Source: an uncultured Eubacteriales bacterium (GTDB taxonomy: Bacteria; Bacillota; Clostridia; Oscillospirales; QAKW01). Taken from it: a stretch of 44,546 nt of DNA. Location: positions 1-44,546 of the forward strand of contig CAYRYQ010000005.1 of NCBI GenBank assembly GCA_964428505.1. The letters are read 5' to 3'. Below, in pieces: positions 28,099 through 35,256 of this stretch (the stretch's first letter is position 1; each line of letters starts with the position of its first letter). The notes beneath the pieces were generated by a model. It had not been told where the DNA came from, did not search any database, and worked only from the letters and a program-made list of their open reading frames with translations. Both the position numbers and the translations under genes were made by a program.

Positions 28099-28256
28099 TT
28101 TTCCGTGTATATCGTATTTTTAGAAGGTTTTCCCACCGGCTTGGTTCGTTATGCCTTTTTCTTCGTTTCCCCCGGTTTTGGTTTCACGCTAACGTCCCCT
28201 GTCTTTGTGTTGCATTTCCATGCGGTATCACAAACGAATGTACTGTCCCCTTTTGT

Positions 28257-28544
28257 TCATGAATGATCTTCCGTTTGATTGCTGGCTCTTTTTTTTATTA
28301 ACACATTTTCGGCCCATACCACTATGAAGCTTGAAAGATACGGCACCCCTTGATATACAACAAGGGAAATGTCTTTAAGTTTTATCCAGAAGAAAACACT
28401 TAATAGCAAAGTTATAAACAGAATGATCGCTGTTGCTTTAGGGGAAAGTTTATAGGTCTTCAATAGTAGGAACGCCATAATCAGTGGTATAATGGCCACG
28501 AAAAAAAGAACAGATCTTTGAAACACAAAAAAGAAAAAGTTCAT
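28257..28544 (-). CDS. Small three-TM protein, putative immunity protein for the main Rhs tip
   Basis: MNFFFFVFQRSVLFFVAIIPLIMAFLLL...AIILFITLLLSVFFWI...YLSSFIVVWAENVLI. GGGAGG RBS lies directly after the Rhs TGA. The track start at 28637 is trimmed to this ATG. Confidence 0.6.
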   Translation of the reverse strand: MNFFFFVFQRSVLFFVAIIPLIMAFLLLKTYKLSPKATAIILFITLLLSVFFWIKLKDISLVVYQGVPYLSSFIVVWAENVLIKKRASNQTEDHS

Positions 28545-28554
28545 GAATCCTCCC

Positions 28555-31500
28555 TCAATAGTCTCTTGTAAAATCAAGTTTTGGTCCAAAGTGATTGGTA
28601 TCCAAATAGCCATCCCATTTTCCATCCAAGATATCAATTATATACTGGATAGTATTCCCGATTGATGAAACGATTGTTCCGATACCCGCAAGAATACCTA
28701 TTGTTCTAACTACACGATATGTAGATTCTTTGGCAAAAGCACAGTACAATCTGTCATCAAATCTTTTAAATAGACTTTTCCCTACAGCAATTAATTCATT
28801 TCCGAAAGAAACAAGTTTATTGGCAGATTTCGAAACGGTACTCCATACTTTTGAAATTGCAAATAACGTTGGTATAAGGAATATTATTAAATCAATGGTT
28901 GTACCCAACCACCTAATGTTGATTTTTATATAACCCCAAAGTTCTACATTGATGACTGGATTATTCTCGCAATACACATATAAGTTTGCCGCAACACCAG
29001 TATCTCCCTCATGGAAGATCGGGTCATCCTTACTGATGAATCTTCCCAATCCCGGGTCATAATAGCGGCTTTGCAGGTAATAAAGGCCAGTCTCGGTATC
29101 GTAATAATACCCTCTGTAGCGTAAGGAGTTTGCAAGCCCTAAGGTGCCCGCCTCAGGTCCGCCGATTTGAGTTAAATTGCCCCATGTATCATAAGAGTAG
29201 GTGACCAATCTGGTATGACCAAAATCAATAATTCCGGTAATATCCCCTTGCAGATTACGCTCATAAAATAATTTGACACCATTGTAAACCATGTATACCG
29301 GATTATTATTTTCATCATAAATATATTGGATTGTATTGGTACCATCGGTTTCCCCTACAATCGTATTGCCGTCCAGTGTATAGGTCGTGGTGACGCCGTT
29401 CACGGTTTTCCCGGTGCGGATCCCATCATAGCGATAGGTATATGACGCGGTATTCCCCAAACCGGAGTTGGTGGCCCCTGTCAGATTGCCGTTGCTCCAG
29501 CTATAGGTCCATCCGTTATACGCCGTCAGATTCCCTTCGTTGTCATAGCTGAGAGACTGCCCGCCGCAGCCGGTCAGCTGATCCGGATCGCCGGAATTTC
29601 CGTAGGTATAGGTCTGGGTGTAAACCGCCGGTATCGAAGATAAATCTTCCTGTCTTGTATAATCATAGACTTTTTTAACGGTTATATTGCCACTTTCATC
29701 GTAGGAATAACAGATGGTTTCTCCAAGCACTCCGTTATCTTCCCGCACCAGCTGATCATTTCCATCATAGGTATAATAATTCTCTGTTTCAGCATTGTTT
29801 AGTGCCGGATGATCCGAGTGAATCGTCCGGATTGTTGATACAATATTGCCGTCTACATCATAAGTATATGCATAGGTATTTTGCTCATTGGCAACTCCCA
29901 TCCCAAAGTTGACCACATTGCCGGCCGTATCATACTCATAGTTTAAATACCAATCATCTGTGTTTGTTGCAAAGACAAGCTTGCCATTAGGATCATAGCG
30001 ATATTCATGCTCGCGAACTTGGCTATATGCCGCTTTTGTTAGATTTCCACTCCTGTCATAATAAAATTCTGTTCCATCCGGCTTTTTGACTGTTTTAGTG
30101 GTTCCGTCATCATAGTACGTATACCGGTAGCCTACGGTATTGTTGGAATAGGTATCGGCAGGCATAGACGCGTTCAACCCATCGCAGAACGCGACATATT
30201 GATCGGGACCAATTTTTTGGATAAGCTGTTGGCTGGCATTATAGACATAGCGGGTCACGCCGCCATCCGGGGCGATTTCACGCAGCAGCTGGTCACCACT
30301 TCCATAGGTATAGCGGAACCCAACGCTGCTGCTGGCATAGGTATCGGTAGGAGTGGAAGCATTCAGCCCATCGTCCGCGGCGACGTATTGCTGCGGGTTA
30401 ATCTGCTGAATCAATTTCTTATTCGCATCATAGAGATACCGCGTGGTATCCCCATTGGGCGCGATTTCCCGGGCTAACGCACCAAAGCTGTTATAGGTAT
30501 ACCGGTAACCGGCCGAGGGGTTTAGGTAGGTATCTACCGGGGTGATATTATAAAGCCCGTCATCCGCTGCGTCATACTGATCGGAGCCGATTTTTTGCGC
30601 CAGCCTGCGGTTACTGTCGTAAACATAACGGGTGACTTTCCCTTGCGTGTTGGTATAGCGCAGAACGCCGCCGTATTGATTATACACATAACGTTCGCCC
30701 ACCATCGGATTGCTGTACTGATAGGAAACGGGGGTGGAATTCAGGCCATCCTGCGCCGACCGGTAACGGTCCGCGCTGATTTTTTGAAGCAGGCGCCCCG
30801 CCGCATCGTAGACATAGCGGGTATATGTGCCGTCTTGATCCTTTGTGCGCACCACTGTTCCGTTTAAGTCGTAGACATTCGTCACGGAAGTGGTGCCGAC
30901 GCTGTTGGTCACCACGGCGCTTAAATTCCAGCCGATGGCATTATAGGTGTTGACGGTGGTCTCCGTAGTAACCCCGCCCTTCACTGTCTCCGCTGTCAGC
31001 TGATTGCCATGACTGTCATAGGTGTAAGTGGTGACCGCGCCTTCCGGATCGGTTGCCGTTTCTAACATTCCATCGGAATAATACGTATATTGATTGATTG
31101 TAAACAGGGACTGATTGCACCCGGCCGTGTAATCGATGGTGGTTCCATCCTTTTGCTTTGCGACCAAAAGCGCATTCCCATAAGCATCGTTCTGATAGAA
31201 GGTCTTCATGCCGTTCCGATCCGTATAGGTGACTAAAAATCCGTTTTCATCATAGCTGTACAGCTCTGAGGTGCTGTTGGAATAAACGGCGCTGGTCACA
31301 TCACCGCGTGCATTGTATTGATACACGGTCTGATCCGCCGCGGTAAGCGTTTCCCCATATTGATTATAGGTCGTTGTTCCTGTTTCGGTTTGAACGCTTT
31401 GCAGCCGCCCTGTGGCGTCATGATTGTACCGGGTCTCATTGCCGCTGCTGTCGGTTGCAATATAAATCAGCGCTACCACCGGATCCGCATGATAAGTTAC

Positions 31501-34500
31501 CGTCTCCCCGGCGGAGTCCGTTACGGAGGTCACCTGCCCGGCAGATGAATAGGCGATGGCCTCTTTTGTATTGCCAAGTGGATCGGCAACCTGTGTTAAA
31601 CGCGTATTTGTATAAGCATAGGTGGTGGTCTGCCCCATCGGATTGGTTGCGCCGGTCAGCAAATCGCCGGTGTAACTATAAGTGACTGCGCGGCCGGCCG
31701 GATCTGTGATGGAGGTGATTTTTCCGTTGGTATACCCAATGGCATAGGACTGACCCGCAGTGGAAAGAACCGACTGCACCTGCCCGCCTGTTCCCAGCGT
31801 GATGGTGGTCGTGTTTCCGTACACATCGGCGATGGAGGCCAAATATCCGTCGGTGTTAAAATGGTACTGAACCTGATCGGCGTCGGTCAGAGTGAAGGTG
31901 CCGTTCTCATTCAGCGCCAGTGTTGCGTGGGAATCATAGGAGGTGTAAATCCCGTTATCCCATACAAACTGGAGGGATTGACCGAAAAGTGTCACCACCT
32001 TTAACGTGGGGAGCTCCCCGGTTGTCTGAACGCCGCTGTCGTTCAGATAGGTGTATTTGGAATTTTGAACGCGGCCGGAATAGCTGAACGACCAGCCTTT
32101 TCCTAAAACGCCGGTTTCGGTCTGCGCGGAATCATAATTTCTTTCGATCGTTACGCCAGAACCGACAGAGCTTCCGGTCAAATCCGTAAAGGACTCGGTA
32201 TAATTCCCGATCGCCTGCGTTGTCAGAACATGATTGACCGTCACCTTTTGAACCAGCTCTTCACCGGAAATCTTTCTTTCATAAACGGTATAAACCCCGT
32301 TTTGATTAACGGTAAACTGATCTCCGCTGAAGAATGTGCCATGATTAGAAAAATAGTCTTTGGTGTGGTCGCCGATCGCCCATTTCTGGTAGGAGGTGGG
32401 AATAATAGAACTATCGGTAACGGTTACGGTATTCGTTGCGCCCCAGGTATCCTGGGCAACCGCTTCAAAATAAACCAAATTGGTTGGAACCTTTACCTTA
32501 TTGTTATAGCCTAATCCCAACGCACCATTTTCGTTACTTCCGCAGACAGACACCATTTCATCAGATGATATAGCATAAACGGTACCATTTCCTAAAACTA
32601 CTTCATCAACATAGTCCAACCCTGGTACAGTCACAGGAGTTGTCTCTGTACTGCTGTATTGATCTCCGATTCCCAGAGCGCTTTTCCCTCTTCCCCAGGA
32701 TTTTATGCCATCCCAATTAATTGCATAAGCATAGTCATCTTTTGCCACCAATTGAGACACATTGTAAAAATTCGAGACTTGTGTGGGTATGGTCTTGTTT
32801 GAGGCATCCCCTACACCCAGTTGTCCATAAGTGTTATTTCCCCAGGAATATATACATCCTTCGGCCAACGCATAAACTGAAGTCCCGCTTACCATAATAG
32901 AACCTACATAAAAAAGGCCTATGTCCACCGGATAGTATTGCGGAGAGGGATTACCCGTTCCAAGAACGCCCTGATAATTGGATCCCCAGGCCATTATAGT
33001 TGTATGGTAACCGCTCGCATCAATAGCGAAAGCAAAGCCGTTTCCTGCAACCACGTCAACAGCGTAATTTACAGAAGTACAAACAGGAGTAGAACTACTT
33101 ACGGTGTTGCCTATCCCAAGTTCTCCATTGCCATTATACCCCCATGCAACCAAAACCCCATCATGATCGAGCAAAGCGTAAACACTGCGGGTTTGCCCGG
33201 AATCTGCCACAGCGATTTTCCGAACATCTGTCAGTCCGGATATGATTACTGGCGTTGATTGATTTTGTGTATTGCCAATACCCAATTGGCCATAATTATT
33301 TAATCCCCAAGCCTTTACGGTTCCGTCATTTAACAGGGCAAATGCACAATGATTTCCCGCGACAACTTCCTTTACATCGGATAAGTTGTTTACGGTTACA
33401 GGAGAATTATGATTGGTTGTATTGCCAATCCCCAGTTCTCCATATGTGTTTTCCCCCCAGGCCTTTACCGTTCCGTCGCGCAACACGGCATAAACGGTAT
33501 TACTCCCCGGATAACTGGATAGTGATTCCACGTTGTTAAGATTTGAAATAGTGATCGGTGTATATTGGGCAGTTTCATTTCCAATGCCCAGCTGTCCATA
33601 TTGATTGTTGCCCCAAGCCTTTACAGTCCCATCCCAAAAAAGAGCATAGGCTGATTGAGAGCCGGTCACAATCTTTTTAGTACCATATAAAGAATTTTGT
33701 GAAAAAAATGTTGATATATCAGAGATTCTGCCGATACCAAGTTGACCGAAACCATTGTCACCCCATACTTTTACACTTCCATCATTGAGAACTGCGTAAA
33801 CGCTGGCATTTGCAACCGCAATATGATTTACACCCGCAAGGTCTGGTATAATGGCAGGGGACTGCTGCAGCACAGTATCTCCCAAGCCCAGCTGATATCC
33901 AATGCTATAGCCCCATGCTGCCACCGTTCCATTATTCTTAATTGCAAAAGCACCGTAAAATCCCGCAATCAATTGATTAACTTGGCTAAGGCTTGGGATA
34001 GCTACAGGGGAAGTCTGCGTGGTCGTATCACCATTGCCAAGCTGAAAAAAGCCATTGCCGCCCCACGAACGGACCGTCCCGTCGTTCAAAAGCGCATAAG
34101 CGCAATAAGAGCCCGTAACAATCTGTTTCACATCTCCAAGACCTGAAATGTCAACCGGTAAAGTCTGTGTTTGTGTATTGCCTACACCAAGCTGACCATA
34201 ATTATTATAGCCCCATGCCTTCACTGTACTGTTATTCATTAGGGCAAAAACATAATTGTCCCCTGTAATGATTTGGTTGACCCCAGTAAGGGAAGATAGG
34301 GAAACAGGGGAAATTTGCGTTGTTGTGTTCCCAATACCAAGTTGCCCATATCCATTAATACCCCATGCTTTAACTGTTCCATCATCTATAACAGCATAAG
34401 CACAATTGGTCCCTGTTACTATTTGATCAACTCCCGTAAGATTTGATATGGAAACTGGGGATGTCCGATTCGCTGTATCCCCTAATCCAAGCTGACCATA

Positions 34501-35007
34501 ATTATTATAGCCCCATGCTTTAACGGTGCCATCATTCATCAATGCAAAAGCAAACTTGTCTCCTGCTGCTATTAAATGAACTCCTGTAAGGCCTGCAATG
34601 GTAACAGGGGATAATTGATTCGTTGTATTCCCGATACCAAGCTGCCCATAGTTGTTATTGCCCCATGCTTTAACCGTTCCATCTTCCATAAGGGCATATG
34701 CGCAGTCCGTTCCTGCTATCATGTCGTCTACATCTGTAAGGCCAGGAACAGTTACAGGCGAATACTGCAAATCCGTGTTGCCAATACCAAGCCGGCCATC
34801 CCCATTATATCCCCAGGCCATTACGGTATCATTTTCCATAAGAGCGAAGGTAGAGGACCCCGATTTGCTTGCAATGATCTGCTTCATTTTAACATGATTA
34901 TTGCTGGATGAGGAATCTGCGAATGCAATGACGCCCAAAGATTGAATGCCGATGAAAATCACCAAAAAAATTGATAAAAACCGAACCCATTTCTTTGTTC
35001 CTCGCAT
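28555..35007 (-). CDS. Sec-signal RCC1-repeat / Rhs (YD-repeat) polymorphic toxin, 2150 aa
   Basis: Signal peptide ...GVIAFA|DSS. About 16 RCC1 blades (AWGYNNYGQLGIGNT-type). Ig-like spacer. Rhs shell onset ...GVLGKGWSFSYSG. Many YD repeats. Shell end [15 protein letters not shown]...ANLYVYCENNPVINVELWGY. Then an ~126-aa hydrophobic C-terminal tip. Confidence 0.9.
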   Translation of the reverse strand: MRGTKKWVRFLSIFLVIFIGIQSLGVIAFADSSSSNNHVKMKQIIASKSGSSTFALMENDTVMAWGYNGDGRLGIGNTDLQYSPVTVPGLTDVDDMIAGTDCAYALMEDGTVKAWGNNNYGQLGIGNTTNQLSPVTIAGLTGVHLIAAGDKFAFALMNDGTVKAWGYNNYGQLGLGDTANRTSPVSISNLTGVDQIVTGTNCAYAVIDDGTVKAWGINGYGQLGIGNTTTQISPVSLSSLTGVNQIITGDNYVFALMNNSTVKAWGYNNYGQLGVGNTQTQTLPVDISGLGDVKQIVTGSYCAYALLNDGTVRSWGGNGFFQLGNGDTTTQTSPVAIPSLSQVNQLIAGFYGAFAIKNNGTVAAWGYSIGYQLGLGDTVLQQSPAIIPDLAGVNHIAVANASVYAVLNDGSVKVWGDNGFGQLGIGRISDISTFFSQNSLYGTKKIVTGSQSAYALFWDGTVKAWGNNQYGQLGIGNETAQYTPITISNLNNVESLSSYPGSNTVYAVLRDGTVKAWGENTYGELGIGNTTNHNSPVTVNNLSDVKEVVAGNHCAFALLNDGTVKAWGLNNYGQLGIGNTQNQSTPVIISGLTDVRKIAVADSGQTRSVYALLDHDGVLVAWGYNGNGELGIGNTVSSSTPVCTSVNYAVDVVAGNGFAFAIDASGYHTTIMAWGSNYQGVLGTGNPSPQYYPVDIGLFYVGSIMVSGTSVYALAEGCIYSWGNNTYGQLGVGDASNKTIPTQVSNFYNVSQLVAKDDYAYAINWDGIKSWGRGKSALGIGDQYSSTETTPVTVPGLDYVDEVVLGNGTVYAISSDEMVSVCGSNENGALGLGYNNKVKVPTNLVYFEAVAQDTWGATNTVTVTDSSIIPTSYQKWAIGDHTKDYFSNHGTFFSGDQFTVNQNGVYTVYERKISGEELVQKVTVNHVLTTQAIGNYTESFTDLTGSSVGSGVTIERNYDSAQTETGVLGKGWSFSYSGRVQNSKYTYLNDSGVQTTGELPTLKVVTLFGQSLQFVWDNGIYTSYDSHATLALNENGTFTLTDADQVQYHFNTDGYLASIADVYGNTTTITLGTGGQVQSVLSTAGQSYAIGYTNGKITSITDPAGRAVTYSYTGDLLTGATNPMGQTTTYAYTNTRLTQVADPLGNTKEAIAYSSAGQVTSVTDSAGETVTYHADPVVALIYIATDSSGNETRYNHDATGRLQSVQTETGTTTYNQYGETLTAADQTVYQYNARGDVTSAVYSNSTSELYSYDENGFLVTYTDRNGMKTFYQNDAYGNALLVAKQKDGTTIDYTAGCNQSLFTINQYTYYSDGMLETATDPEGAVTTYTYDSHGNQLTAETVKGGVTTETTVNTYNAIGWNLSAVVTNSVGTTSVTNVYDLNGTVVRTKDQDGTYTRYVYDAAGRLLQKISADRYRSAQDGLNSTPVSYQYSNPMVGERYVYNQYGGVLRYTNTQGKVTRYVYDSNRRLAQKIGSDQYDAADDGLYNITPVDTYLNPSAGYRYTYNSFGALAREIAPNGDTTRYLYDANKKLIQQINPQQYVAADDGLNASTPTDTYASSSVGFRYTYGSGDQLLREIAPDGGVTRYVYNASQQLIQKIGPDQYVAFCDGLNASMPADTYSNNTVGYRYTYYDDGTTKTVKKPDGTEFYYDRSGNLTKAAYSQVREHEYRYDPNGKLVFATNTDDWYLNYEYDTAGNVVNFGMGVANEQNTYAYTYDVDGNIVSTIRTIHSDHPALNNAETENYYTYDGNDQLVREDNGVLGETICYSYDESGNITVKKVYDYTRQEDLSSIPAVYTQTYTYGNSGDPDQLTGCGGQSLSYDNEGNLTAYNGWTYSWSNGNLTGATNSGLGNTASYTYRYDGIRTGKTVNGVTTTYTLDGNTIVGETDGTNTIQYIYDENNNPVYMVYNGVKLFYERNLQGDITGIIDFGHTRLVTYSYDTWGNLTQIGGPEAGTLGLANSLRYRGYYYDTETGLYYLQSRYYDPGLGRFISKDDPIFHEGDTGVAANLYVYCENNPVINVELWGYIKINIRWLGTTIDLIIFLIPTLFAISKVWSTVSKSANKLVSFGNELIAVGKSLFKRFDDRLYCAFAKESTYRVVRTIGILAGIGTIVSSIGNTIQYIIDILDGKWDGYLDTNHFGPKLDFTRDY
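28985..29661 (-). repeat. Direct repeat copy B (677 bp), inside the main Rhs gene
   Basis: See copy A. Encodes YTRQEDLSS...GVAANLY. Confidence 0.85.
32480..34878 (-). repeat. Tandem coding repeats of about 150-160 bp (RCC1 blades) within the Rhs gene
   Basis: Sixteen recurrences of the (A/S)WG.N..G(Q/E)LG.G(N/D)T motif, spaced about 50-52 aa apart. Confidence 0.85.
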
Positions 35008-35059
35008 TTGATACGTCCCTCCTTATTTTCCATTTTTTACAAAATGGTTTAATATAAAA

Positions 35060-35088
35060 TATATATCACTTTTCATTTAATTTGTCAA
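35060..35088 (-). promoter_or_regulatory. Candidate sigma-A promoter of the Rhs gene
   Basis: Reverse strand: TTGACA (35088-35083), 17-nt spacer, TATATA (35065-35060), in an AT-rich 250-bp spacer. Confidence 0.4.
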
Positions 35089-35202
35089 TGTTTTTTATTT
35101 AATTTATTCCATTTTTGAAATTTTATTGTACTGAATGAATTATATATTAATTAAAAAATGGAATTTCATTTTATAATATTGAAGAGAAAAAACAAATTTT
35201 TA

Positions 35203-35249
35203 AAAAAATATCCAGAGGCAAATACATTTTTTGCTTCTGGATATTTTTT
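35203..35249 (-). terminator. Terminator of the P-type ATPase operon
   Basis: Reverse strand: ATATCCAGAAGCAA ... TTGCCTCTGGATAT (one mismatch) followed by a T-run, starting 8 nt after the stop. Confidence 0.7.
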
Positions 35250-35256
35250 ATCGATA

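Noticed and set aside
32480-34878. Regularly spaced repeats of about 150 bp that could suggest a repeat array or CRISPR-like structure
   Set aside because: The period is about 150-160 bp, the units are only similar rather than identical, and they lie in one long open frame encoding RCC1 blades. There is no short direct-repeat/spacer organisation.
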